Part shown: positions 36,401 through 44,079 of the stretch, piece after piece
Position numbering within the stretch: position 1 is the stretch's first letter
Layout of the letters: the number at the start of each line of letters is the position of its first letter
IMG/VR virus record: IMGVR_UViG_3300023092_000001
Span: 6,825 to 70,824 of that record
Length of the DNA: 64,000 bases
Source of the DNA: a virus
Lineage: Duplodnaviria; Caudoviricetes
Reading direction: 5' to 3' (one strand)
Translations under genes and position numbers: made by a program
The notes under the pieces: generated by a model
Databases searched by the model: none
The model's input: the letters and a program-made list of their open reading frames with translations, nothing else
What the model was told of the DNA's origin: nothing

Positions 36401-37438
36401 CCTGGGACTTATCTTGCGAAGACCCCCCTCTACGGGCGCAACCTCACCAAGAGCCGAGACAGCCTGATCCTCGCCAATAACTTGATCGGGGCGATGACGA
36501 TCTTGGCCGTTGTGTCCAAGTTTGGGGATGAGGGAGACGATGATGATCTGTGGATTGACGGCACTTGGGCCGGGTTGCCTTACGCTAAGCAAGCAGAGTT
36601 GCGCACCTCTGGACACGAGCCGTTGTCTATCGGATGGCGTGGCAAGGATGGTAAGGTCCACCGTATCAGCTACAGGCAGTGGGAGATCGGCAGCATTCTG
36701 GCCTCCGCTGGGGCGTGGCTGGACAAGCGCAAGTACATGCCGGACAAGTTTAAGGAGGAAGGCCTCCCAGGGCACATCCTGGCCTCGGTCGCGAATGGTG
36801 CGGCTTACGTCAAGGATCTGAGTGCGCTCTCAACCTTCACAGACCTCCTGGGTGTGGGGGCGGGAACAGCCCAAGACAAGGGCGCTGACTTCGCTAAGAA
36901 GATCAACAAGGTGGCGGCAAACTTCGCGGGCGGATTCATCCCCAACACGCTCAAGGATGTGGACGCCTATACAGACCCCAAGGTGTACAAGCCTGACAGC
37001 GCCATGGAAGTCTGGTTCCGTGGGGTGCCTATGGTGCGCAGAACGGTCGCTGGCGGTCGTCCGATGCTCAACCTACTTGGAGACCCCGTGGAACTCGACC
37101 GGAGCCCATGGAGTCGTGTTTACACGGACACAGACCAAGGCTCTGGTTACGATGAGTTGGCTAAGCTCCAGAATCGCGGTATTTGGATGCCAACCCCCTC
37201 CATGACGCGCATCGTAAAGCGCAGTAATGGGGAGAAGGCGACTATCGAATCCCTGGGACAGGACGTGGAGTACAAGTATCAGAAGAGCGTGGGCAAGAAA
37301 TACCGCGCCTACTTGATTGAGAACGGCCCCGACTTCGCGAAGATGACAGACGAGGAGGTGGAGAAGGCCATCAATCGTGACACCGAACGGATTCGCATTG
37401 AGGCGTCCGACGAGCTAGTGGACCAACTGAAACTGTAA
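30467..37438 (+). CDS. Giant DNA-ejection / large polyvalent protein (2323 aa)
   Basis: Duplicated N-terminal SWDxFPLA, Gly/Ala-rich membrane-active segment, degenerate zincin-like domain (NEEAVH), long helical body, C-terminal LNLLGDPV region. Confidence 0.75.
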   Translation: MASWDEFPLAQPAAQSSWDAFPLAAEPNADRGYAAQIGDALSIGLSQVNSGTRATWNAATGDNVDLAANLADYGAAALAQQNLETPEDRALSAAFAKNAQELNDAKGFFPSVAAASGYVGSALEHPGAAVKQAVQSAPNALISLGTQVLGRGLGAAAGGLAGIETGPGAIVTGLVGYFGGGVAANTLMESGPAIFDILNEKTGGRAASMTAPEIEAALRADPTIATEGLLRGAKRGATIGVVEGLGQYGAGRLVGAAERASVRAVEKTLVDQGVDLANKAAVQAALETPAIREAASVAAKAAEAGFSNAGTAARWAGASTIETGASGLGEAGAQVAAGQDLDTTGIFQEMMGDAVMSPAATAVGKSVALAGSGVDMLRGTNQPLPAIVDEVGADLTQAELPPPVKLATEVAQAAAPVAPASSAALMQVTAMYAEQSQAPVVQQEAVQDEIVQPIEEVVPTPAVEAEVLADAPLFPAAPPIARATTEEMARDAAGVLSGEIAPNAQPAALLPPAEQLIEAAPPEMPSFASYLRERVPADKWSDADIQAGEAYAQSGGDFSAISGLSRVKQRALTRMLQEFSPEIRTAQEMAEAEADAAFRARNKERPDSPTLADELAQLQALPINIESASISPEGETPKAGPTPREPSIPKAEAYRILAERLGLTNFSNIVLGNYAPLSNGTVLKGFVSQNSDKIYLNMGSIHDADTLVDVFNEEAVHLVYRDPQVAKEWARLKELASDEQLEQLRRKFDRLGYKDSVWDEEAFDEIARTKGLEWLDTPAWKRFWESVKAAVRRLFGLTDTTEINRVGAQILSYALRNQQQMAADAVDFAEARGESPIRMAVGGLDEQLSQASQALKRKAQVSTESVRSAYTLATQGKSSRSVSLKELYNRVKESNPEVTPTQFIAQIQAMDQSGDALLEVFDNPQQLQEAGEFQLKNASGIPAVSVILPMSDTEARFALEEPTPEEKPRAKVMLDPVLAAREASANYPSTDVSPSPETSQTSQGRFQSPKEGADQYDPIAASDAQAKVDAWLAGKPLEEAYQELRGTMPDDMRPGSPYFNAALVTVMEKIKGAFDATQSADVKEELQAMADRLGRMYAQEGTAEGRALQSRIVSNARLTPMKGWLAVLKVLEDRQESLIKNRFRGDPAAEFEKVNEIAKPEAGEVVASMLDEDQSVAINEAETDAAIESANDTMAREEFERILAEVREEYVQTLEKANAEALRAWEVSQRLNAKKASRTKAVESSKARVEEAWARIRKREGQTNLPLFFINPANLADYGSIVAEYIYQGVTKISELKDIIIQDFGPESEPHVQELITEGISQHNLRMEQEGVAVPKAAKTAKDKAPAKPRTKSVKTLMRQQSEAGVNNYEEAVQNVAQALSLTSAEVKAQLAGKPPSAEVLANREQRRKESAERYASRLIYRTEERFRQGSKDLDDGAGGDTINRAFREQVVSPLQQDEFRARLAKLKVGPEVADRLALTAEREATDQQAMLLFKESQKVADAKESILSKASPKLAKMVNELRKKIAPGMTWADIFADLPDKQKSRQLSIYDRLLKDERLQGLTPEERLDLTNELNRVWQVERRKVFNRELSKFGILGEKSEEDTKKIKAAIPRLMRQLNLGLFNSEMFRQAMAEQYGLRSMTSAESQELQRLGQEAWNLPEGSIQRRRALQAMLDKMQTLTGASKWELLNNYWVASVLSGLRTQFDTHMAFLNGAATIARLAPQLALRGKRGTATMISEYFKGLGEAAREASRIILDGDFSYLKRNEESVMAAIDGDTAIRATPISERMLSQGNWWHKYPALVMSIVSRSMSAADHLNNTATSRGAMVYARAMNPDFYKGALTPSPQERADARKQAILELFAGVEPRTSKEKADTTARTREILNQAEAPETLEEGNQIGDIASYQNDPTGLFGGFYELLKGMSQSLERRATDFSQDDEVSKTWRAIAAFAAVTFRSLIGTRFARFATNFASNGTSFIPGTYLAKTPLYGRNLTKSRDSLILANNLIGAMTILAVVSKFGDEGDDDDLWIDGTWAGLPYAKQAELRTSGHEPLSIGWRGKDGKVHRISYRQWEIGSILASAGAWLDKRKYMPDKFKEEGLPGHILASVANGAAYVKDLSALSTFTDLLGVGAGTAQDKGADFAKKINKVAANFAGGFIPNTLKDVDAYTDPKVYKPDSAMEVWFRGVPMVRRTVAGGRPMLNLLGDPVELDRSPWSRVYTDTDQGSGYDELAKLQNRGIWMPTPSMTRIVKRSNGEKATIESLGQDVEYKYQKSVGKKYRAYLIENGPDFAKMTDEEVEKAINRDTERIRIEASDELVDQLKL

Positions 37439-37445
37439 TTATCGT

Positions 37446-38099
37446 ATGATCAAAATCGTTCGGCAGGTAGAGATTCCGCGAGAGTGGACCCAGGAGCGCC
37501 TCAAAGGCATGTACCCCAACTACACCCTGATAGGGGAGCGCTCAGGATGGTTCTATCCAATTGAGGAGACGAAAGTGGTGTTTGTTGCCTACAATTGGCG
37601 CGAGCTTGTGGGGCGCGTGGAGAAGCATCTCAAGGGCAACGGAATCGCAATTCCAGCCGATCTTAACCTCACGATGATGCGAGTCTTTTGCGAGGCGACG
37701 AAGAGCGAGTATTGCAGCGATGTAGATCCCAACCAAAGTGATAAGGGGCGGCTGTTTGAGCAAGCCCAGCGCTTCCTGCGAACGATTAACAATGTTGTGG
37801 CCTCAGGCGCTTCCTTGGTGTCTCAGGAAGAGGCGGATAGGCGTGCTTCCATTTGTGCCGTGTGCCCGCAGAATCAGCCAACCGATGTTGGCTGTACTGG
37901 ATGTGGCATGAAGACCGCAATCGCTCAGATGGCGAACTTCGCTCTCGGAAAGTCAACTCCCTTGGATAGCCAGCTTCATTGGTGTCAGGTCTGCGGGTGT
38001 AAAAACTCGCTTAAGATATGGGTAGGTCGTGAGGCCATGTCTGAGAAGGATTTGGCCGACAAGTGGGAAAAAGGGTGTTGGATGGTTAACCAATTATGA
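37446..38099 (+). CDS. Cys-rich putative Zn-binding protein
   Basis: CxxC clusters: CAVCPQN, CTGCG, CQVCGC. Confidence 0.6.
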   Translation: MIKIVRQVEIPREWTQERLKGMYPNYTLIGERSGWFYPIEETKVVFVAYNWRELVGRVEKHLKGNGIAIPADLNLTMMRVFCEATKSEYCSDVDPNQSDKGRLFEQAQRFLRTINNVVASGASLVSQEEADRRASICAVCPQNQPTDVGCTGCGMKTAIAQMANFALGKSTPLDSQLHWCQVCGCKNSLKIWVGREAMSEKDLADKWEKGCWMVNQL

Positions 38100-38118
38100 G
38101 GAATTAAATATATTCCCA

Positions 38119-38571
38119 TTATGGTTGGATCAACCTTTCTCTTATCGCGTTCAAGCGCAACTCATCCCACTTTTTAAAGTCCCCATGAGATGCAAATGAC
38201 CAATCGCTCAGTGGAGGTTCTGGAATATCCAGCGCCCACTGAATCGTTAATCGTTGTTTTGCGGAATAAAACGAATCTCTGCCACTAGGCAAATGGTGAG
38301 TTACAAGCCAGCGCTCGCACACTCTGAACCCCTTGGATTTTAATGTATCAATTAGTTTATCAGAAAGACATCCTGAATATTCCACCTCTCCGAACCCAAG
38401 CCTTGCGTGCTCACTGATAAGCACAGCCACCTCACGGGCTGCATTAGCTTCCGCAGGGGAATAAGGCAGAGTGTCGAACACTTTCACGCATTTTCTCGCC
38501 TCCTCCGCTGATAGGTTTTCGAGAGGCTCAGACAGAGCCTGAGAGTTAAGTGGACAGGTTGTTGTTTTCAT
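38119..38571 (-). CDS. Hypothetical protein
   Basis: 150-aa ORF, last of the leftward operon. Confidence 0.55.
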   Translation of the reverse strand: MKTTTCPLNSQALSEPLENLSAEEARKCVKVFDTLPYSPAEANAAREVAVLISEHARLGFGEVEYSGCLSDKLIDTLKSKGFRVCERWLVTHHLPSGRDSFYSAKQRLTIQWALDIPEPPLSDWSFASHGDFKKWDELRLNAIRERLIQP

Positions 38572-38620
38572 GCTCGTAGTTAGTCACTTTGTGTTATTGG
38601 CCGCTTGTTCTTATTTAAGG

Positions 38621-38737
38621 CTAGTCGAGCAACAAGGAAATCGCTGCCCCCATGAGTAATAGGGTAGCAAACACGCCTATATTCTCAAAGAGCGATGCAT
38701 TCTGAAGGGTTTGGGCGATCATGGCAGGAAAAATCAT
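38621..38737 (-). CDS. 38-aa membrane peptide
   Basis: Manual translation MIFPAMIAQTLQNASLFENIGVFATLLLMGAAISLLLD; ATG overlaps the upstream stop. Confidence 0.45.
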   Translation of the reverse strand: MIFPAMIAQTLQNASLFENIGVFATLLLMGAAISLLLD

Positions 38738-38835
38738 CTATTCTTCCGCCTCACCCAAACCCCGAACTCGACAATCCAATCAATGATCTTCATGCCAGCG
38801 AGAACGATGGCGGCGTTAAAGAGGAGATCATTCAT
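38734..38835 (-). CDS. 33-aa membrane peptide
   Basis: Manual translation MNDLLFNAAIVLAGMKIIDWIVEFGVWVRRKNR; ATGA overlaps on both sides. Confidence 0.45.
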   Translation of the reverse strand: MNDLLFNAAIVLAGMKIIDWIVEFGVWVRRKNR

Positions 38836-38990
38836 GGCTGCAAAAGTGGTGAATCTTCTTTAATGCCTAAAGACATCGCAATCTCACGGTTGCTCATTCC
38901 AAGCTTTCGGAATCGGATAACGTCACGACGATTTCCCTTCATTTCCCGAGTCATTTTCCTAACTATGGCATTTGGCGCTTTCTTTTTCAT
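38832..38990 (-). CDS. Small HTH protein
   Basis: RDVIRFRKLGMSNREIAMSLGI HTH pattern; start ATG 38990. Confidence 0.55.
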   Translation of the reverse strand: MKKKAPNAIVRKMTREMKGNRRDVIRFRKLGMSNREIAMSLGIKEDSPLLQP

Positions 38991-39252
38991 AATCTTTTCT
39001 AGATAGAGTTTGAATTTGTTTTGTAATGTCCTGTATCTCCAAATTAACAAGCCTCTCCAAAACCGCCTCCCGTATCTCCTGGGTATGCGCTCCCTCGATC
39101 AGCCACTTTCGCAGCGTGCGAGGATCTTGCTCGTCCACGATAAAGTCGGGGAATTTAGCCCAAGACGCCGCTTCGAGTCCATTGAGTTTCATAGGCTCTT
39201 GCTGCGCTGGGTTGTTAAGTTTCCAACGCGTTCTTGTAAGCGTTAAACTCAT
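38959..39252 (-). CDS. Hypothetical protein
   Basis: ORF track; fits the operon. Confidence 0.45.
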   Translation of the reverse strand: MSLTLTRTRWKLNNPAQQEPMKLNGLEAASWAKFPDFIVDEQDPRTLRKWLIEGAHTQEIREAVLERLVNLEIQDITKQIQTLSRKDYEKESAKCHS

Positions 39253-39430
39253 GAAGGCGTTGCGTTATGATGCTCAGCCTATCGCGTGCTCGTGGCATTG
39301 ATTCGCCAAGCTCCTTTTGATTATTTGCAAATTGGCAATCGTAAAGATCATCGAGGAATAACTCGGCCTCTTTTATGGTTTGTTTGATTGCAGCATCAGC
39401 ACTTTTGGACAGTGATTTTTCGGTTTTCAT
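39215..39430 (-). CDS. Hypothetical protein
   Basis: Start trimmed to MKTEKS (39430), 4 nt after the upstream stop. Confidence 0.5.
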   Translation of the reverse strand: MKTEKSLSKSADAAIKQTIKEAELFLDDLYDCQFANNQKELGESMPRARDRLSIITQRLHEFNAYKNALET

Positions 39431-39434
39431 ATTG

Positions 39435-39812
39435 TTAACAGGTGATTTCGAAGGGGCGTGAATCCCACTTTGGAAAGACCAAAGTGGGTTGTGGAAAGAA
39501 GATTGTTGGAGGTGGCGGTGTATTTTTACCCGCTCTCTCCACCAACTCCTCGTATTCCCGCCGCTTACGGATATCCTCTTTAGGGTCGGTCTTCGGCATA
39601 CCAACCTCTACCCTAAGCAGTCGCAACATCTCATCCAGCCGCTTCACGTGCTCCTGTTGGCTGGCGTTCTGCGCTTTCTCCATCCAGTATTTCACCACCT
39701 CCCGAAGCTCGGCCTTTGTGCCGCTGGCAATCTCCTCCGAGATGTCGTTGCTGAGTTGGTCGATGCGGGACTGGGTGATGGGTGTGTGTTTCTTGGGTGT
39801 ACGCTTCTTCAT
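39435..39812 (-). CDS. Hypothetical protein
   Basis: Helical 125-aa ORF in the operon. Confidence 0.55.
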   Translation of the reverse strand: MKKRTPKKHTPITQSRIDQLSNDISEEIASGTKAELREVVKYWMEKAQNASQQEHVKRLDEMLRLLRVEVGMPKTDPKEDIRKRREYEELVERAGKNTPPPPTIFFPQPTLVFPKWDSRPFEITC

Positions 39813-39819
39813 ACCTGTT

Positions 39820-40062
39820 CTATTCTAGGTATTTCTTCCCCCACTGGATTGCGAGCACCAGTAGCTCCCTCTGGCTTTTGAGCCCCAGCTTGTCCTTAAT
39901 GTTCTGTTTGTGGACATCGGCGGTCTTGCGCGAGATGCCCATAGCGGACGCGATGTCGAGTGAGTTGTGACCAACTGAGAGGCATTGGAAAACATCCATC
40001 TCCCTTTTTGTTAGGAGTGGACGATGTGGCAGAATGAAGTTCTCCTTGGGTTTGTGTCGCAT
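39820..40062 (-). CDS. LuxR/NarL-type HTH transcriptional regulator (DNA-binding domain only)
   Basis: LTKREMDVFQCLSVGHNSLDIASAMGISRKTADVHKQNIKDKLGLKSQRELL, a canonical LuxR C-terminal HTH. Confidence 0.85.
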   Translation of the reverse strand: MRHKPKENFILPHRPLLTKREMDVFQCLSVGHNSLDIASAMGISRKTADVHKQNIKDKLGLKSQRELLVLAIQWGKKYLE

Positions 40063-40089
40063 GAGGTCGTTGTTGGCGGGTGGTTTCGA

Positions 40090-40356
40090 TTACTCAATTA
40101 CTCTGCCGTTGGCTTTAAATTTCTTATCAAGTGCAGCTAGAGACCACCTTGCTTTGGCAGCCCTACGTGCCTGTTCAGAGCATTTCTCCTTACCTAGCTT
40201 TCTCGCCCGAGCCTTGCCGCCTGCGGCCTGGGGTATGCCATCACCGAAGATCGTGCTTGGAGGCGTTCCGCTATCAGCTTGGGCGTCATGGCGCAGAGAG
40301 ACTGGGAAGCCATTAACTTTCACTACGGAGCCCTTTGGAAGGAAAATCTTATGCAT
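40090..40356 (-). CDS. Small basic protein with GGKARA..L...SE.AR.AAKARW motif
   Basis: Motif read directly; start trimmed to MHKIF (40356). Confidence 0.55.
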   Translation of the reverse strand: MHKIFLPKGSVVKVNGFPVSLRHDAQADSGTPPSTIFGDGIPQAAGGKARARKLGKEKCSEQARRAAKARWSLAALDKKFKANGRVIE

Positions 40357-40414
40357 GCTCGGATTATGTATGCGTGCATTGATGCTTGCAACATCTTTCT
40401 TCTCGCGGGTGGAG

Positions 40415-40813
40415 TTAGTCTTGTATCGACTTCTCAAATTCGATTGGGATAATGCCATTCGGCAGACGCTCCCTAAACAAAGGCCCAATGTCCTTGTATT
40501 TGTGGCCCGCTAGCCCGCAACCAACAAGTGTCACAAGGAATGTGAGGCCTGGGTTTGCTTGAGCGCATTCGTAAAACCTCCTAACATGGGTGGCTATTTG
40601 CTCCACCGTCATTTTGGATAAGCTTCTTCCGACAGTGGGAAGCGCATAACACCTTCCCGTTAGACCCTCGGCGTCACCCCATTTAGCGCCAAACTTCTGC
40701 ATTGCGTATTTGGCTGCGCCCTTCCCGTGGCGTCCTTCGGTGTTGCTGCCGAAGACGAATATCTCTCCCTCGGCTAAGGATCGGATGTCTGGAGGCGTGT
40801 TTGTGTATTTCAT
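40415..40813 (-). CDS. A1S_2505-like phage non-structural protein
   Basis: EIFVFGSN.EGRHGKGAA..A..KFGA.WG..EGL.G.CYALPT and FLVT.VGCGLAG signature. Confidence 0.75.
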   Translation of the reverse strand: MKYTNTPPDIRSLAEGEIFVFGSNTEGRHGKGAAKYAMQKFGAKWGDAEGLTGRCYALPTVGRSLSKMTVEQIATHVRRFYECAQANPGLTFLVTLVGCGLAGHKYKDIGPLFRERLPNGIIPIEFEKSIQD

Positions 40814-40826
40814 AATTTAGTGGCTT

Positions 40827-41138
40827 CTACTTGGGGTTGCTACGACGAGCAGACTTCTTCTTGGCAAGCTTGGGGATTTTGTGCTTCGAGCCTCCAAGAG
40901 CCTTCCTTTCGGTTGGCATAACTATAGAACACACATGCTCACGCCAAGTGTGATTTGGGTAGTGATGGTTGTGGTCTGATGCGTCCAGGGCCAGCTTTGG
41001 TGCTCCATTGCCAGTCTGGATAATGGTCTTCGTGCAATACGGGCAAGGATACGGTCCATACCAAACGACATTGGGATCACGCAAGGTCGGGAGGAGATTG
41101 GTGGAGACGAGATATGTTAGAGTGGGCGATTTAGCCAT
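40827..41138 (-). CDS. Hypothetical protein with CxxC/His cluster
   Basis: CPYC...HNHH..EHVC; basic C-terminus. Confidence 0.5.
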   Translation of the reverse strand: MAKSPTLTYLVSTNLLPTLRDPNVVWYGPYPCPYCTKTIIQTGNGAPKLALDASDHNHHYPNHTWREHVCSIVMPTERKALGGSKHKIPKLAKKKSARRSNPK

Positions 41139-41534
41139 GGCCGAATTTTACCTATTCTGTTAGGCTGCGCCACAGCATTCAACCGAAAGGTCACATCAGT
41201 ACTGAATGAGGTTAGGAAAGAATGTACTTAGTACATCCCTCATTCCTTCGATTACTCAAAGAGAAAAGATCCCTCACGACGAATTGAGAGGGTGAGAAAC
41301 CCCGACCCGCGCCCCAAAGCACAAGTTACCCTGCTAAGCGTAACAACATGGACGCAGGCCGGGGAAAGAAAACCGCCGCCAAGGGATGAAACCTTGACGG
41401 CGGGAACAAGAGAACAAAAACAATAAAGCCACACAAACGCCGCTAGGGCCATCCGCGCCGTACGAGTCACCACAGGTCACTCAACGATTGGATTTTAGGC
41501 CCTGACGGCTAGATGGCAAGGGGAATGTTGTGGG

Positions 41535-42494
41535 TCACACAGCGGCGATCACCTTCTTGCTGCACGGAATCCACTCGTTCGAGCCGAATGGGCAACGCTC
41601 CCATCTTTCCGCGAGGGTTCTATAGGTTGGGCAGTGACTGCTAATCTGACGAGAGTGGCAGGTATTCAGCAGCGAAATGTCAACCTCCCCAGCATAGGCC
41701 ACAACCCACCACTGACGATCATACCCCTTCATGCGAAAGCGATCTCCAGGGTTGATGTCAGAAAACTCCAAGGGCACGATGTTGTAGGTGGCCTCTGGGA
41801 GGGGTCGTGAGGTTCTGGCTAAAGTGATGGCGCATTCTTCTGGCGGGAAAACCATCATCCATACGGACCCCGAAAGTGCGCGGAACTCATCAACTCCACC
41901 CACCGTTGTCTCTCCCTCTAATAGCGCCCTCTTTCCATCCTCCCAACACTCTTTGGTAGGGTTATGCCACTGACGACCCTCAGGCGGCTCTGGAGGCGTC
42001 CAAGCGGGATCTGGTGTGGGTTCCTGCGTGGAGACTTTGCGACGACCCTTAAGATCTAGGTTGAGCTTTTGACCAACCACGCTTGGGTCACAGGAGTACC
42101 ACTCTAAGCCAGCACACGACAGCTCATCCCCCTCTTCGAGCTTACTCACGCCAGGGGTGAGGGCAAGGTACGTGGTTTCTGCGACAGGCACGGTCTTCTG
42201 CGCCTCAGCATGCGCGAGGACGGCGTTAGCCACGGCTCCCCACACCTGCTTATCTTCGTAACCATCCCACCTTGAAGGAGCAAGGTGAGCTAGACAGTAG
42301 GTTTCGTATGCCACCTGACCAGGTGATTTTATGGGAAGATCTTCGGGCTTCACGCGGTAATCGTGAACGTCTCCATCCCACTTGTACTCGCCGAAGTCCT
42401 TAAAACGACCGTCCCCATCCCGTTTCTCGACCGTCTTCCCCTCCGCTAAAGCTGTGATTAGCGGGAGCCATTGTGTTGCGTTTTCTTTGTTCAT
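41535..42494 (-). CDS. Modular hypothetical protein, paralog of 47999..48613
   Basis: Shares YRVKP, WTPP, KECWEDGKRALL, RPLPE, VPLE..DI..GD and EW.PC.K with 47999..48613. Confidence 0.65.
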   Translation of the reverse strand: MNKENATQWLPLITALAEGKTVEKRDGDGRFKDFGEYKWDGDVHDYRVKPEDLPIKSPGQVAYETYCLAHLAPSRWDGYEDKQVWGAVANAVLAHAEAQKTVPVAETTYLALTPGVSKLEEGDELSCAGLEWYSCDPSVVGQKLNLDLKGRRKVSTQEPTPDPAWTPPEPPEGRQWHNPTKECWEDGKRALLEGETTVGGVDEFRALSGSVWMMVFPPEECAITLARTSRPLPEATYNIVPLEFSDINPGDRFRMKGYDRQWWVVAYAGEVDISLLNTCHSRQISSHCPTYRTLAERWERCPFGSNEWIPCSKKVIAAV

Positions 42495-42526
42495 TGTACG
42501 TGTTTCTAGTGTGTTTTTGGTTGATT

Positions 42527-42703
42527 CTACTGTTCCTCAGCTTCGATTTGCCGAGCTTCTCTCTTGGCCTTAAAGTGTTCCTCGATGATGGATTCCACCT
42601 CGGCAACGATTGTGCGTCGGTTCCTCGTGGCAGCTGCCCTCAGCTTTGTTTTGATGGCGGGCCGCACTCGGGCGACGATCTGAGATTTGTCTTTTGCGAG
42701 CAT
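42527..42703 (-). CDS. Arc-like RHH repressor
   Basis: KSQIVARVRPAIKTKLRAAATRNRRTIVAEVESIIEE matches the Arc pattern; divergent from the replication operon. Confidence 0.7.
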   Translation of the reverse strand: MLAKDKSQIVARVRPAIKTKLRAAATRNRRTIVAEVESIIEEHFKAKREARQIEAEEQ

Positions 42704-42845
42704 ACGTGGAGCGAGTAAACCATACAAACCCAGAGAGCACAAACATTTTATCACACATTTAAACATTTTACTCGACAGGCCACGGTTCCCACCCAATACT
42801 CACCACACCTCGAATAAATCGAGCAACCAAACACACCAAAACACT
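42704..42845. promoter_or_regulatory. Divergent promoter/operator region
   Basis: Direct repeat AAACATTTTA at 42741 and 42761 (20-bp period; TAAAAT on the minus strand); rightward TCGACA(42772)-N17-AATACT. Confidence 0.5.
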
Positions 42846-43160
42846 ATGAGCACAAAAGCACGAAACATGCTGACCAACGACAAGCGCTACGAGTTGATGA
42901 AACACCTCGATACGAAGCCAAACCGCGAACACCTCGCGGCCTCCGATGACGAGGAAGTTGCGGCCCAAGCAACGAAGAAACTGGGATTCACCGTGACGTA
43001 TCTCAATATCGCCTCGTGCCGGAAGATCCTCAAAATCAAGAAGCGCACAGTCGCGCATCGCAACGGCGTGGACGAGCTTCGGGAGGAGTTGGAGGCGCTG
43101 AAGGATCGGGTGTTGAAGCTGGAGTTGGCGTGCTCGGTTGGGGTCGCTGGAAGGGCTTAA
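42846..43160 (+). CDS. Hypothetical protein (possible HTH + coiled coil)
   Basis: First gene of the rightward operon; A/C-rich leader before ATG 42846. Confidence 0.6.
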   Translation: MSTKARNMLTNDKRYELMKHLDTKPNREHLAASDDEEVAAQATKKLGFTVTYLNIASCRKILKIKKRTVAHRNGVDELREELEALKDRVLKLELACSVGVAGRA

Positions 43161-43165
43161 CCCCT

Positions 43166-43423
43166 ATGTACGAATATTCCAAAGAGCGGCCCAAAGTCCT
43201 TACCGAGGATGGCGTCACCAAACTCCTCGAGGTGTACTCTGCCGTATTGAATCGACAAGACCCAGGAAAACCAATCTCTGCGGGCGAAGTTCTCAACAAG
43301 GTTTGCGGGGTTTCTTGGACGGTCTTTGCCTGCCTCGACTTCTTGAGGGAGAAGAGGTTTGTACATGAGATGTACACGGACCCCGAGACAACCATTGGGC
43401 AGAACCGCATGTTTAGGAGTTAA
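43166..43423 (+). CDS. Winged-helix-like hypothetical protein
   Basis: Start ATG 43166; ISAGEVLNKVCGVSWTVFACLDFLREKRFV. Confidence 0.45.
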   Translation: MYEYSKERPKVLTEDGVTKLLEVYSAVLNRQDPGKPISAGEVLNKVCGVSWTVFACLDFLREKRFVHEMYTDPETTIGQNRMFRS

Positions 43424-43448
43424 CAAGTAAACATAACAAAAGTATTCC

Positions 43449-43670
43449 ATGAACATCGAAATAAAACCATCTCCTCAGAAGAAGACCGAGATTAAGTATC
43501 CGTGCATAATGGAGAGTATAGATGACGATACTATCGTTCTCTTTACCGCCCCAACAAGCGGCGTCGCGCTTCGCTACCTATCTGGAGTCTCCCACTACTC
43601 TACAAGTTGGGTTGAGGCTGACGCGCATCTATGGAAGCCGTTCCTTGGAACGATCACTATCTCGAACTAA
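43449..43670 (+). CDS. Hypothetical protein
   Basis: ORF in operon. Confidence 0.55.
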   Translation: MNIEIKPSPQKKTEIKYPCIMESIDDDTIVLFTAPTSGVALRYLSGVSHYSTSWVEADAHLWKPFLGTITISN

Positions 43671-43685
43671 ACTAAGACAGACCCT

Positions 43686-44057
43686 ATGAATAACTCAATC
43701 ACACCCACGCCAAGCGACCCAAGCAACTTCGAGAAGAAGTACAATTATGACAGGGATAATATACCGACATCACTTGCGCCCATAAGCGTTTGTGGAATTA
43801 TAGCCCTAGCTGCCATTCTTGTCATCTTTCTAGCGCTCGTTTCGTGTACTGAAAACCAGCGCGCCAAGCAGTTTGGAGGAAACGCCACCGTGGATTTACC
43901 ACCTAACACGAAGTTCATCGGGGCCACATGGAAGGCGGATGGTCTTTGGTATTCTTACAGACCCATTCGGGAAGGGGAGAAGCCGGAATCAGTGGTTCTT
44001 AAAGAGCAGTCAAGCTTTGGCCTCATACAAGGCAGCGTAACTTTCACTGAACATTAA
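43686..44057 (+). CDS. Phage lipoprotein
   Basis: Hydrophobic stretch ending in lipobox LVSC, then TENQRAK.FGG..ATWK..LWY. Confidence 0.65.
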   Translation: MNNSITPTPSDPSNFEKKYNYDRDNIPTSLAPISVCGIIALAAILVIFLALVSCTENQRAKQFGGNATVDLPPNTKFIGATWKADGLWYSYRPIREGEKPESVVLKEQSSFGLIQGSVTFTEH

Positions 44058-44079
44058 GTCTAACGAAAAGTATTTTATT

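Noticed and set aside
41139-41534. ~400-bp gap with ORF 41252..41473 as a gene or ncRNA
   Set aside because: The ORF has an odd Cys/Phe/Ser-rich composition and I found no convincing helices; left unannotated.
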